The notes under the pieces: generated by a model
Told to the model about the DNA's origin: nothing
Databases searched by the model: none
What the model saw: only the letters and a program-made list of their open reading frames with translations
NCBI GenBank assembly: GCA_963736785.1
Contig: CAVTQG010000061.1
Span: forward strand, 105,918 to 169,917
Reading direction: 5' to 3'
DNA: 64,000 nt
Origin: an uncultured Spirochaetota bacterium
GTDB lineage: Bacteria; Spirochaetota; Spirochaetia; SZUA-6; DRHE01
Shown here: positions 18,158-29,603 of the stretch, piece after piece
Layout: each line of letters begins with the position of its first letter
How positions within the stretch are numbered: position 1 is the first letter of the stretch
Position numbers and translations under genes: made by a program

Positions 18158-19358
18158 ATGGACATCTTCAGCAAGTGCTACGGCTTCAAGGACGCGGAAG
18201 AGGTTCGGGAAAGCGGCCTTTATCCCTACTTCATCCCCATCGAGGAGAACCGCGGCAGCCGGGTCGTGATGAACGGCCGCGAGGTCATCATGATCGGCTC
18301 CAACAACTACCTGGGGTTGTCCATGGACCCGCGCGTGCAGGAGGCGGCCAAGAAGGCGGTGGACCGCTTCGGCACCAGCTGCTCCGGCTCCCGCCTGATC
18401 AATGGCACCTTCGCCCTGCACGTGGAGCTGGAGAGCCGTCTGGCCCGCTTCGTGGGGCGCGAGTCAGCCCTGGCCTTCACGGCCGGCTATCTGGCCAACC
18501 TGGGCGCCATCTCCGCCGTCCTGGGGCGCAAGGAGCACGTGCTCAGCGACCGCTACAACCACGCCTCGATCGTGGACGGGATCATGCTGGCCATGGGCCT
18601 GACCGGCGGGCAGGTGAAGCTGCACCGCTACCACCACAACAACCCCGAGCACCTGGAAAAGACCCTGGCTGGCCTGCCCGCCGACGAGCCCAAGCTCATC
18701 GTGACCGACGGGGTATTCAGCATGGAAGGGGACATCGCCCGCCTGCCCGAGCTGAGAAAGGTGGCCGACCGCTACCAGGCGCGCATCTACCTGGACGAGG
18801 CCCACGCGCTGGGGGTGCTGGGCGCCACCGGCCGCGGCACCGAGGAGCATTACGGCGGGGGCAAGTGCGCCGACCTGCTGATGGGCACCTTTTCCAAGTC
18901 CTTCGGCGGGATCGGCGGTTTCGTGGCCGGCGACCACGCGGTTATCGACTACATCAAGCACTTGTCCCGGCCCCTGATCTTCACCGCCTCCATGCCGCCG
19001 GCCATGCTCGGCGCGGTCATGGCCACGCTGGAGATCATCGAGAAGGAGCCGGAGCATACGCGCCGCCTGCAGCAGATCGCCCGCTACATGATCAAGGAGT
19101 TCAAGGCCCTGGGCTTCAAGGTCGGGCGTGGCCGAAACGCCGATCATCCCCCTGCTCATCGGCAACAACGACAAGACCTTCATGTTCTGGAAGGCCCTGT
19201 TCGACAACGGGGTCTACGCCAATCCCATCGTCAGCCCGGCGGTCCCGCCGGACCGCTCGCTGCTGCGCACCTCCTACATGTCCATCCACACGGACTCGGA
19301 GCTGGACCAGGTCCTGAGCATCTGCAAGCGCGAAGGTCAGAAGCTGGGGATCATATGA
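18158..19358 (+). CDS. PLP alpha-oxoamine synthase, serine-palmitoyltransferase-like (one frameshift near 19125)
   Basis: GSNNYLGL, SRLINGT, NHASIVDG, DGVFSMEGD, DEAH, GTFSKS, SPAVP; C-terminus continues in ORF 19128-19358. Confidence 0.8.
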
Positions 19359-19780
19359 GCGAGGCCTTGGCAGACATCCAGCGCTGGCTGCCGCACCGCA
19401 CGCCCTTCCTGTTCGTGGACCGCATCGAGGAGGCCACCGACGAGCGGATCGTGGGCTACCGCCTGTTCACCGCGGCGGACTTCTTTTTCCAGGGGCATTT
19501 CCCCGGCTACCCGGTGGTGCCCGGCGTGATCCTGGTGGAAACCATGGCCCAGGTCGGCGGGGCCGGGGTCAAGAAGCTGGGCAAGGTCAAGGCCGACGGG
19601 ATGTTCTTCCTGGCCTCGGTGGACAAGGTCAAGTTCCGCCGCCAGGTCCGCCCGGAGGAGGAAGTCCGGGTGGTGATCCAGAACCTGCGCGTGAGCAACA
19701 AGATGGTGAAGCAATCCGGGCAGGTCTTCGTCGGCGAGGAAATCGCCGCCGAGGCGGAGTGGCTCTGCCTGGTCGGGTGA
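19355..19780 (+). CDS. fabZ: 3-hydroxyacyl-ACP dehydratase
   Basis: LPHRTPFLFVD, HFPGYPVVPGVILVETMAQ, KFRRQVRP; ATGA overlap with the SPT-like gene. Confidence 0.92.
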   Translation: MSEALADIQRWLPHRTPFLFVDRIEEATDERIVGYRLFTAADFFFQGHFPGYPVVPGVILVETMAQVGGAGVKKLGKVKADGMFFLASVDKVKFRRQVRPEEEVRVVIQNLRVSNKMVKQSGQVFVGEEIAAEAEWLCLVG

Positions 19781-19818
19781 AACCCGCTAAGCGCTGAAGC
19801 TTCGCGGCGTGAAACCCG

Positions 19819-22100
19819 CTAGCTTCGCGCGGAGTAGCTAGCCTCCAGGGCTGTCCAATTCCTCCAGCTCTCCCACCTCCTCCAGGTCCTCGACCGGCGC
19901 AGTCGCCGCGGCGGCCTCGGTTCCCGCAGGCCTGCGCCTCGCTCGGCCGCGGGGCTGGCGGCGGCGTCGCGGGCTCCGGCTCCACGGGCTCCAGCTCGCC
20001 GATCTCCTCCTCGGCTCCTGCAGCCTCCGCCGCGGCGAGCGCCTCCCGTTCGCCCCCGAGGGTCTCCAGCAGCTGCGGGCGCTGCGGCATGCCCTCCGGC
20101 TCCAGGCATTTCGGTCCGGCCCAGCGCGAGCTCCGTCCCCGGCCGCGGTCTGCAGCTCGGCCTCGCCCTGCTCCTCGCGGCGGGCACGCGTCGGTGATCC
20201 GCAGCGCCTCGTCGAACCAGGAGAAGGCGGTGCCCAGGCTGCCGGTCATCTGGCGCAGGTCGCGGGAAACCTCCAGGATGGTCTTGATGGTCCGGTCCAC
20301 GTCGGCCACGCTGTCCTTGACCGACGGAGTGGGCCCGGGTCACCTCCTCCAGCGCTCCGGCGTTTTGCTCGATCATGGCGCGGATGCGGTCGCTCTGCTT
20401 CATGATCTCGGCGTAGCCCTGCATCAGAGCCCTGCGAGGTGTCGACGTTCTTCACGATCGCCAGGTTGGACTCGCGGATCAGGGCGCTGACCTGGTCGGA
20501 AACCGTCCGGGTCACGTCGGCCAGCTTGCGGATCTGCTGGGCCACCACCGCGAAACCCCTCCCCGCCTCCCCGGCCTTGGAGGCCTCGATGGAGGCGTTC
20601 AGGGAGAGCATGTGGGTCTTGTCGGCGATGCCGATGATCTGGGCCACCGCCTGGGTGATGCTGCGCGACTTGACCTCCAGGTCCTGCAATTCCTGCAGGG
20701 CGCTGCCCAGCTCGCGGCTGAAGCCGCCGATCTGCGTGTCCACCTGGGTGGTCAGGTTGAGGATGTCGCGCTCCTTGGCCACCACCTCGCCCTCGGCCGT
20801 GGCGCTCTGCTCGATGGAGATCATGATCTGGGCGATGGTGAAGGCCTGCTTCTGGGCGGACTCCAGCAGACGGCTGGCCAGGATCATGGACTCCAGATTG
20901 CGGTTCTCCAGCCTTCCCTTGCCCTCGCGGATCTTGGCCAGCAGCTCCTGGTCGGCGCGCAGCTTGGATTCCAGCCGCCGGCTGGAATCCCGGTAGCTGC
21001 GGCTGATGCGGAAACGCTCCCACCCGCTGATCACCGCCACCAGTCCGGCCAGCAGGAACTCCAGTTCGTAGTTGGCCTGCAGGAGCCGCACCCGGCCCAG
21101 GGGACTGAGCAGGGGCGGCAGCAGGCTGCCAAAGGCCAGCAGGAACAGAACCAGCAGGGGGATGCCGATGCGCTTTCCGCGGCCGATGCCCGCCGCGGCG
21201 ATCGCCGCGGCGGCCAGAAAGCCCAGGCCCAGCACCGCGTACTGGGCGGCGCGCAGCGCCAGGAGGGCCGGGAACTCCTTCACGACCAGGCCGGCCGCGC
21301 CGGCGGCCACCAGGAACACGACGAAGGGGGCCAGCTTGGAGCTGCGGTGCTCCAGCAGGTACCCCCAGGCGGTCAGCAGCAGGAAGGAGGCCGACATCAG
21401 CTCGAACAGAGGGAAGACGCGCAGCGCGGTGACGAAGGGCAGCACCAGGGTCAGCAAAGCCGAGGACGTGCCGGCCAGCGCCGTGCACAGGCTGGCCAGC
21501 GCCAGGTACAGCAGGAAGATCCGCCGCTCCAGCGAAAAGATGTACAGGGTGTAAACGAACAGGAAGACCATCAGCAGCAGGAGCACGGAGCGCGCGCCCA
21601 GGTATCTGAGGTTCAGCTGGAACAGCCGCAGATTCAAGGTCTGCAGGCGGACCAGCTCCACGCCCTTTTCCAGCCAGGAATGCGAACGGTGGTAGAGGCG
21701 AAGGTGCAGGACCTGCCGGGGCAGGCTGCGGTCGGGCAGCAGGGTGTAGCCGCGGTACAGCGCCACGGGGGCCACGAAGCCCTTCCCCGCGCTGCCGGTG
21801 GCCCCGATCTGCGCCCCGTTCAGGAAAACCCGTTCGGAGAAACCCAGGGGGCCGAGGATCACGCGCCGCGGGCTCCACCAGGGACAGCTCGGTGCGCAGC
21901 CACAGGTAGCCTTCCTCGGCGGAGGCGTAGGCATCGAGGCTGCCCGGCAGGACGCAGGGCACCCAGGGGCCCGCCGGGGGGGTCGTGGCGGCGGACAGGG
22001 TGAAAGAGCTCTCCCAGTCCAGAGTCCCGCCAAGCGGAGCGGACAAGGCCAGGAGGGTCAGAACCCCCGCGGCCATGAGCGCCAGCCTGCGCATCGGCAT
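19819..22100 (-). CDS. Methyl-accepting chemotaxis protein with multi-TM sensor (about 3 frameshifts)
   Basis: Signal peptide, periplasmic domain, several TM helices, [30 protein letters not shown]. Confidence 0.85.
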
Positions 22101-22165
22101 GCCCCTACAGTAACAGGTATCCGGGCGATCGTACACCGCTGCCCGGGAAAAAAAGCGCCCCCATC

Positions 22166-22194
22166 TTGACAAGGGCGGCGGAATCCGGTAAAGC
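22166..22194 (+). promoter_or_regulatory. Sigma70-type promoter of the ilv-leu operon
   Basis: TTGACA-17 bp-TAAAGC; predicted +1 falls on the leader ATG at 22201. Confidence 0.6.
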
Positions 22195-22200
22195 AGGGAC

Positions 22201-22296
22201 ATGACCGGCAGTATCGCGACCGGCGCCATCCTTCCGTCCGCGGAGCTCGCCATCATCCTCATTCTTGGGAGTTACCCGCGAACCCGGGGGGGGTAA
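22201..22296 (+). CDS. Ile/Leu-rich attenuator leader peptide (31 aa)
   Basis: [31 protein letters not shown]; ATC ATC CTC ATT CTT run just upstream of the terminator. Confidence 0.75.
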   Translation: MTGSIATGAILPSAELAIILILGSYPRTRGG

Positions 22297-22318
22297 GGCG
22301 AAAGCCGAAGCCTGAAGT

Positions 22319-22354
22319 GGCCGCTTCCCTTCCTGGGAAGCGGCCTTTTTTTTT
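22319..22354 (+). terminator. Intrinsic terminator of the ilvB attenuator
   Basis: GGCCGCTTCCC-TTCCT-GGGAAGCGGCC perfect 11-bp stem plus T9, 15 nt before ilvB. Confidence 0.9.
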
Positions 22355-22369
22355 GCGAGGAGAGCGAGA

Positions 22370-24107
22370 GTGGAGCAAAGCGTTCAGATCAACGGGGCCC
22401 AGCTGCTGGTCAAGGCCCTGCGGGAAGAGGGCGTGCGGCACCTCTTCGGCTTCCCCGGCGGGGTGGTCATTCCGATTTTCGACGCCCTGTACTCGGCCCC
22501 CGGACATCAAGGTCATCCTGACCCGCCACGAGCAGGGCGCCGTGCACGCCGCCGACGGCTACGCCCGCTCCACCGGCCGGACGGGGGTCTGCCTGGTCAC
22601 CAGCGGTCCCGGGGCCACCAACACCGTCACGGGGCTGGCCACCGCCAACTTCGACTCGGTGCCCATCGTCTGCTTCACCGGGCAGGTGGCCCGGCACATG
22701 ATCGGCAACGACGCCTTCCAGGAGGCGGACATCGTGGGCATCACCCGCCCGATCACCAAGCACAACTACCTGGTGCTGGACCGCCGGGACCTGGGCAGGG
22801 TCATCAAGGAGGCCTTCACCCTGGCCTCCACCGGGCGGCCCGGGCCCGTGCTGGTGGACCTGCCGGTGGACGTGGTCCGGGAGCTGGGCGAGTGCGGAAT
22901 ACCCGGCTTCCGCGAGCATCCGCGGCTACAACCCGATCTACCGGGGCCACAGCGGCCAGATCCGCAAGGCCGCCCAGGCCCTGAAGGAGGCCCAGCGCCC
23001 GCTGTTCTACGTGGGCGGGGGAATCCACATCTCCGATGCCGCGGAGGTGCTGCGCCGCATCGTGCGCAAAACCGGAGTACCGGTGGTGGACTCGCTGATG
23101 GGCATCGGCAGTCTTCCCGGCGACGACCCCCTGGACCTGGGCATGCTGGGCATGCACGGCACCTACACGGCCAATATGGCGGTCAGCCACTGCGACCTGC
23201 TGTTCGCCGTCGGCACGCGCTTCGACGACCGGGCCACGGGGGACCTTGACCAAGTTCGCCCCGGAGGCCGAGATCGTGCACATCGACATCGACCCGATCT
23301 CCATCTCGCGCAACGTGCCCGTGGCCATCCCCATCGTGGGCGACGCGCGCACCGTGCTGGAGCAGCTGGAGCCACTGCTGGAAGCCCCCGCCATCGGCCC
23401 CTGGCTGGAGCGCATCCGGCAGTGGCGGGGCGAGCACCCGCCGCTGATCCGCAGCGCCGGCCCGGGGCTGGCCCCGGACAAGATCATCGAGGCGATCTGC
23501 GAGCTGTACCCGGAGGCGATCATCAGCACGGAGGTCGGCCAGAACCAGATGTGGACGGCGCTGTTCTACAAGTTCCGCCACAGCCGCAGCCTGCTCACCT
23601 CCGGAGGCCTGGGGACCATGGGCTACGGCTTCCCGGCGGCGATCGGCGCCCAGCTGGGCAACCCGGGGCGCAAGGTGATCGACATCGCCGGCGACGGCTC
23701 CATCCAGATGAACATCCAGGAGCTGGCCACGGCGGTGCAGAACGGCCTGCCGGTGATCGTGGCCATCCTGAACAACGGCTACCTGGGCATGGTCCGCCAG
23801 TGGCAGGAGCTGTTCTACGAGCGCCGCTACTCCTCCAGCTGCCTGCGCACCGGGCTGGAGTGCCCGCCCGACTGCCCGGGCCCCAGCGAGGACTGCCCGG
23901 TGTACACGCCCGGATTTCGTGAAGCTGGCCGAGGCCTACGGGGCCGTGGGCCTGCGGGTCACCCGCGAGGAGGAGGTGCGTCCCGCCCTGCTGGAGGCCG
24001 GCAAGTCCACGAGCCGGCCGGTGCTCATCGACTTCATCGTGCAGCGGGAGTTCAACGTCTACCCGATGGTGGCCCCGGGCGCGGGGATCATGGAGATGAT
24101 GCTATGA
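22370..24107 (+). CDS. ilvB: Acetolactate synthase large subunit (four frameshifts)
   Basis: [59 protein letters not shown] spread across frames. Confidence 0.93.
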
Positions 24108-24587
24108 AGCGCGTGCTGACCCTGCTGGTGGAAAACCACCAGGGAGTGCTGTCCCGCATCGCCGGGCTTTTCTCCGGCCGCGGCTACAACCTGGAAACCA
24201 TCACCGCCGGGGTCACGGTGGACCCGCAGGTCACCCGCATCACCCTGGTCTGCCAGGGCGACGACAACGTCTTCGCCCAGATCAAGAAGCAGCTGCACAA
24301 GCTGATCGACGTGATCAAGCTGACCGACCTGTCGGAAATCCCGGCCCTGCACCGGGAGCTGGCCCTGATCCGGGTGCGGGCGCAAGGCCCCGACCGCGGG
24401 GAGATCTTCCAGGTGGCCGACGTTTTCCGGGCGCGGGTGCTGGACGTGGGCCTGGATTCCATGGTCATGGAGCTCACCGGCGCCTCGGAGAAGATCGACG
24501 ACTTCCTGGCCGTGCTCCTGCCCTACGGCGTGCTGGAAATCGCCAGGAGCGGCCTGATCTCGATGGAGAAGAGCAAGAAAGAAATGA
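24104..24587 (+). CDS. ilvN: Acetolactate synthase small regulatory subunit
   Basis: [33 protein letters not shown]; TGA at 24585 becomes in-frame if one extra A is removed. Confidence 0.9.
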
Positions 24588-24601
24588 AGGGAGAATCGCC
24601 C

Positions 24602-26113
24602 ATGGAGCGCATCATCATCTTCGACACCACGCTGCGCGACGGGGAGCAGTCCCCCGGCGCCTCGATGAGCATGGAGCAGAAGTACGAGGTGGCCGCCCAG
24701 TTGAGTCGCCTGGGGGTGGACGTCATCGAGGCCGGCTTCCCGATCTCCTCGCCTCAGCAGCTGGAGGCCTGCCGCCTGATCGCCCAGAAGGTCAAGGGCC
24801 CGACCATCGCCGCGCTGGCCCGCTGCGTGGAGAAGGACCTGGAGGCGGCGGCCGAGGCCCTCCGCCCGGCCGAGCGGCGCCGCATCCACACCTTCCTGGC
24901 CAGCTCGCCGATCCACATGCAGCACAAGCTCAAGAAGAAGCCCGACGAGGTGGTGGAGATGGCCGTGCGGGCGGTGCGCTTCGCCCGCGATCGGGCGGAC
25001 GAGGTGGAGTTCTCCCCGGAGGACGCCAGCCGCAGCGAGCTGCACTTCCTGTGCCGCCTGATCGAGGAGGTCATCCGGGCCGGGGCCACCACGATCAACA
25101 TCCCCGACACGGTGGGCTACGCCATGCCCTCGGAGTTCGGCCAGCTTCATCCGGCGCATCCGGGAAGGGGTGCCCAACATGGACAAGGCGGTGCTCTCGG
25201 TGCACTGCCACAACGACCTGGGGCTGGCCGTGGCCAACTCCCTGGCGGCGGTGCAGCAACGGGGCCCGCCAGGTGGAGGTCACGATCAACGGCATCGGGG
25301 AGCGGGCCGGCAACGCCGCGCTGGAGGAGCTGGTCATGGCGCTGAACGTGCGCCGCGACCTGCTGCCCTACACCACGGGCATCGACAGCCGGCAGCTGTA
25401 CAAGAGCTCGCGCCTCCTGGCCACGATCATCGGCTTCCCCATCCCGCGCAACAAGCCGATCGTGGGGGAGAACGCCTTCGCCCACGAGTCGGGCATCCAC
25501 CAGGACGGGGTGCTCAAGCACCGGGCCACCTACGAGATCATGACCCCCGCCGACGTGGGCCGCGACGCCAGCACCCTGGTGCTGGGCCGGCATTCCGGGC
25601 TGCACGGCTTCAGCCAGCGCCTGATCGAGCTGGGGCTGGACCTGGACGAGGAGGAGCGCAAGAGCGGCCTACGAGCGCTTCCTGGAGCTGGCCGACCGCA
25701 AGAAGGAGGTCTACGACGACGACCTGTACGTGCTGGTCATGGAGCAGATGGGCGAGCAGCTGGACTCCTTCGGCCTGGAGTACTTCAACATCCAGTCCGG
25801 CAACGTGAGCGTGCCCACGGCCACCGTGCGCCTGAAGTCAGGCGGCGAACGGCTGGAGGAGGCGGCCACGGGCGACGGGCCGGTGGACGCGGTGTTCAAC
25901 GCCATCGACCGGGCCACCGGCATCGCCGTGACCCTGCTGGAGTTCAACGTGCACGCGGTGACCCCCGGCCGCCAGGCCATGGGCGAGGTCTCGGTGGGGT
26001 GGAGATCAAAGGCCGGCGTTTCGTGGGGCGAGGGCGCCTCCACCGACATCCTGGAGGCCAGCGCGAGGGCCTACCTGAACGCCATCAACCGTTTCAAGGC
26101 GACGAACAAATGA
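24602..26113 (+). CDS. leuA: 2-isopropylmalate synthase (several frameshifts)
   Basis: [45 protein letters not shown] regulatory domain. Confidence 0.93.
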
Positions 26114-27697
26114 ACCGGCTGATCATCTACGACACGACCCTGCGCGACGGCATGCAGGGCACCGGCATCAGCTACACCCTGGAGGACAAGCTGGCCATCG
26201 CCCGCCAGCTGGACGCCTTCGGCATCGACTACATCGAGGGGGGCTTCCCGCTTTCCAACAAGAAAGAGGCGGAGTTCTTCCGCCAGATCCGCTCGGAGCC
26301 CCTGGCCAAAGCCCGGCTGGCGGCCTTCGGCTCCACCCGCCGGCCGCACCAGGAAGCCGCCTCCGACCCGCACATCCGGGCCCTGTTGGAGGCCCAGACC
26401 CCGACCGTGACCGTGGTCGGCAAGACCTGGACCGAGCACGTGCACCACGTCCTGCGCACCACCCCGGAGGAAAATCTGCGCATGATCAGCGACTCCGTCC
26501 AGGTGCTGAAAGGCGAAGGGCGCGAGGTGTTCTTCGACCTGGAGCATTTCTTCGACGGCTACAAGCAGGACCCGGGATACGCCCTGGCCGTGCTGCACGC
26601 GGCCAGCGATGCGGGCGCGGACTGTCTGGTGCTCTGCGACACCAACGGCGGCACCCTGCCCGCCGAGGTGAGCCGCATCATCGGCGAGCTGCCCCGCGCA
26701 CAGCTCGCCTGCTTCGGCGTGCACTGCCACAACGACACGGAGAACGCCGTGGCCAACTCCCTGGCCGCGGTGGAAGCGGGGGCGACTGCACGTGCAGGGG
26801 ACCATCAACGGCTGGGGCGAGCGCTGCGGCAACGCCAATTTATGCGCCGTGATCCCCAACCTGGCGCTCAAAATGGGGCGCGAGCTGGCCTGCTCGCCCA
26901 ACCTCCGGCACCTGACCTCCCTGGCCCGATTCGTGGCCGAAAAGGCCAACATCATCCCGGACAAGCGCCAGCCGTACGTGGGTGAGGCGGCCTTCAGCCA
27001 CAAGGCCGGGCAGCACGCCGACGTGGTGGCCAAGGCCCCCCGGCTGATGGAGCACATCCCCGGGGAGCTGGTGGGCAACGAGCGCCGCCTGATCCTCTCG
27101 GAGCTGGCCGGCAAGTCCACCGTGGTCAAGCGCCTGGACAAGTACGGCAGCTTCGACAAGAACTCGGAGGTGGTGCAGCAGCTCACCGGCCGGTTGAAGG
27201 AGCTGGAGGAGGCCGGCTACGAGTACGAGGCCGCGGAGGCCTCCTTCGACCTGATCGTCCGCCGGGCGCTCCAGCGCTACCGCCCGCTGTTCGAGCTGCG
27301 CAACTACCACCTGGAGAGCTTCAAGTCCACCGACTCGCCGGCCAGGACCGTCGGGCGGATTTTCCTGACCACCGACGGCAGCAAGGAGCTGATGGGCGCC
27401 GCCGTGGGGGTGGGCCCCGTGGAGACCCTGGACTACTGCCTGCGCGATGCCCTGGCCTCTCGCCACCCCTTCCTGGCGAAGATCAAACTGGTGGATTTCG
27501 CGGTGCGCGTGCTCAACCCGGAACGGGCCACGGCCGCCCGGGTGCGGGTATTCGTCACCTCCTCCGACGGGGAGAAGACCTGGTCCACGGTGGGGGTCTC
27601 CGAGAACATCGTGGAGGCCTCCTGGCAGGCCCTGGTGGACTCCATGGAATACTATTACGACAACTTCGTGCTGGAGAGCGGCGAGCCGGGCCAGTAG
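26110..27697 (+). CDS. cimA: Citramalate synthase (frameshift near 26790)
   Basis: [65 protein letters not shown]. Confidence 0.88.
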
Positions 27698-28653
27698 CTC
27701 AGGGCGCGAATGGTGCCCGCGGTCGGCAGGCCTGCCCTGCGGGCGGCCGCCCGCAGCCGCGCGGCGATCCGCACGGCGCTGTCCGCCCGCGGGCAGATCA
27801 GGAAGAAGGCTCCTCCGCCCCCGGCGCCGCTGAGTTTGCCGCCCAGCGCGCCGCAGGACAACCCCTCCCCCAGCAGGCCGTCCAGCTCGGCCGTGCTGAG
27901 CCCCTGGCCGGAAAGCAGCAGCTGCGCCGCATTGGCCAGCTCCCCGAGCCCCGCCAGCCGGCCCTCCCGTTCGCCGGAACCATCCAGCAGGTCCGCGGCT
28001 CGACGGGCAATGCGACCCAGTTCGTCCAGCGCCTCGGCGGCGCGGCGGTCCCCGGCGGCTACCTTCAGGCGCAGCCCCGCCACCAGCGTGCCCGTGTCCC
28101 CGTGCCTGGGCACGGCCCCGACCACCAGGTCCAGCGGCAGGCCGGAAAGACGGCGGGCCGCGGGCAGCCCCGGGGGCGCGGGCTGGAAAAGGTACAAGCC
28201 GTCCAGCAGGGCCAACCCGGTGTCGATGCCGGATGGGGTTCCGTGGAATAGCCGCTCGGCCTCGTGGGCCCAGGCCCAGAGCGCCTCGGTTCCGGCGGAC
28301 CCCGCGCCCAGAGCCGAGGCCGCGGCCGCGCACAGCGCCGCGGAGGAACCGAAACCCAAGCCCGGCGGAATGCCCGAGGTGAAGCGCGCCTTTCCGCCTC
28401 CCGGCCCGGGCCCGCGGGCCAACTCGTGCAGCCGGGAGAGCATCCGCGCCAGGAGCCTGCCCTTCTCGCCCCGAGCCCCGGCCCCGCGTCCGGGCAGGCG
28501 CCACTCAGGGCCCTCTTCGAGGATCAGTTCGGCAACGGTGGTTTCGGACAGGGAAAGCCCTACGGCCGGGTGGCCGTGCACGGCCGCGTGCTCCCCGAAG
28601 AGCAGCAGCTTGGCGTGCCCCACCCCTCGCAGGCGCGTCCGCCGGCGGCTCAC
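27655..28653 (-). CDS. mvaK1: Mevalonate kinase
   Basis: AKLLLFGEHA, PPGLGFGSSAA, HGTPSGID, GGKLSGAGGGG. Confidence 0.9.
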   Translation of the reverse strand: MSRRRTRLRGVGHAKLLLFGEHAAVHGHPAVGLSLSETTVAELILEEGPEWRLPGRGAGARGEKGRLLARMLSRLHELARGPGPGGGKARFTSGIPPGLGFGSSAALCAAAASALGAGSAGTEALWAWAHEAERLFHGTPSGIDTGLALLDGLYLFQPAPPGLPAARRLSGLPLDLVVGAVPRHGDTGTLVAGLRLKVAAGDRRAAEALDELGRIARRAADLLDGSGEREGRLAGLGELANAAQLLLSGQGLSTAELDGLLGEGLSCGALGGKLSGAGGGGAFFLICPRADSAVRIAARLRAAARRAGLPTAGTIRALSYWPGSPLSSTKLS

Positions 28654-29600
28654 GCCGGCCCTTCCTGCGACAGCCCTTCGCGCGCCAGGCATGCCTGCCG
28701 CAGGCCGCGGGGCGGCGCTTCCAGGGGCAGCTCGGGAAACGCCAGGGCCAGCTCGTTGCCGGCGCCCAGGGCCTTGCAGTCATCGAGCCTCACCTCGTCC
28801 CACCCGGCAGGGTCGGGCGTCGGCAGGGAAGCCGGCACGCCGATGGCTTCCCCCAGCCGCAAGCCCAGCTCCCGGCAGCGGCGCAGGAGGCGCAATGCTT
28901 CGAATCGGGAAGCAGCCCGCGCGAATCCTTGCACAAGTCGATTGGACTCCTCCAGAAAGCGCCGCGCTTCCTCGGGCCGCCGGCGCCGCCACTCGCGGTA
29001 CTTGCTGATGGCCTCAGGCGTGGAAAAGCTGCGCTCGCCGTGAAACAGGTAGAGGGGCTCCAGCCAGGGCAGGTGAAGCGGCCGCCAGGCGGGGCGCGCG
29101 CCGCCGACGAACAGCCCCACGCCGCCGTGAAAGGAAGCCAGCACGTCGTAGCCGCTGCCCCGGCCGCCCTGCGCGCGCCGGTGGGCGGCCAGCGCGGCCT
29201 CCAGCACTGCGGCCGGCGCCGGGGGGGAGCCCGTGGCCAGGGCCAGCAGGGCCCAACACAGCGCGATCGCCGCCGCGGCGCTGGAGCCGTAGCCGCCCTT
29301 GCGCCCGGCGAAAAAAAAGTCTGAAGAGTCCACCTCAACGGTCCCGGCCGGCGAGCCCTCCGGGCAGCACACCTCTACCGCCGCCTCCAGCAGCGCCGTC
29401 CGGGGGTCGCCGCGGGCGCTTCCGGGGCTCCAGTGCAGCTCGGCCTCCATCCTCGCCACCACGGCCAGGCCGGCGCCGGTCCGCCGCTCCAATCGAACCC
29501 GTACCCTCGGATCCGCGGCCACGGCCAGTCCCAGGCCGCCTTCCTCCAGCACGGCGTACTCCCCCAGCAGCAGGAGATTGGCCGGCACGCTGGCGCGCAC
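28650..29600 (-). CDS. mvaK2: Phosphomevalonate kinase (GHMP family)
   Basis: PANLLLLGEYAVL, KGGYGSSAAA, GSGYDV, KALGAG. Confidence 0.85.
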   Translation of the reverse strand: MRASVPANLLLLGEYAVLEEGGLGLAVAADPRVRVRLERRTGAGLAVVARMEAELHWSPGSARGDPRTALLEAAVEVCCPEGSPAGTVEVDSSDFFFAGRKGGYGSSAAAAIALCWALLALATGSPPAPAAVLEAALAAHRRAQGGRGSGYDVLASFHGGVGLFVGGARPAWRPLHLPWLEPLYLFHGERSFSTPEAISKYREWRRRRPEEARRFLEESNRLVQGFARAASRFEALRLLRRCRELGLRLGEAIGVPASLPTPDPAGWDEVRLDDCKALGAGNELALAFPELPLEAPPRGLRQACLAREGLSQEGPA

Positions 29601-29603
29601 GCT

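Noticed and set aside
16607-19780. 1057-aa ORF joining SPT-like and FabZ, and 800-aa ORF 15642-18044
   Set aside because: These are produced by GC-rich open frames and a frameshift near 19125; the real genes have their own starts and stops.
19777-19830. Short direct repeat GTGAAACCCGCTA...GCTTCGCG between convergent stops
   Set aside because: Only two imperfect copies; likely a local duplication with no evident function.
24104-25345. Apparent IlvN-LeuA in-frame fusion
   Set aside because: Removing one A from AAAGAAATGA gives an in-frame TGA at 24585, and a strong AAGGGAG RBS precedes the leuA ATG at 24602; likely an indel artefact.
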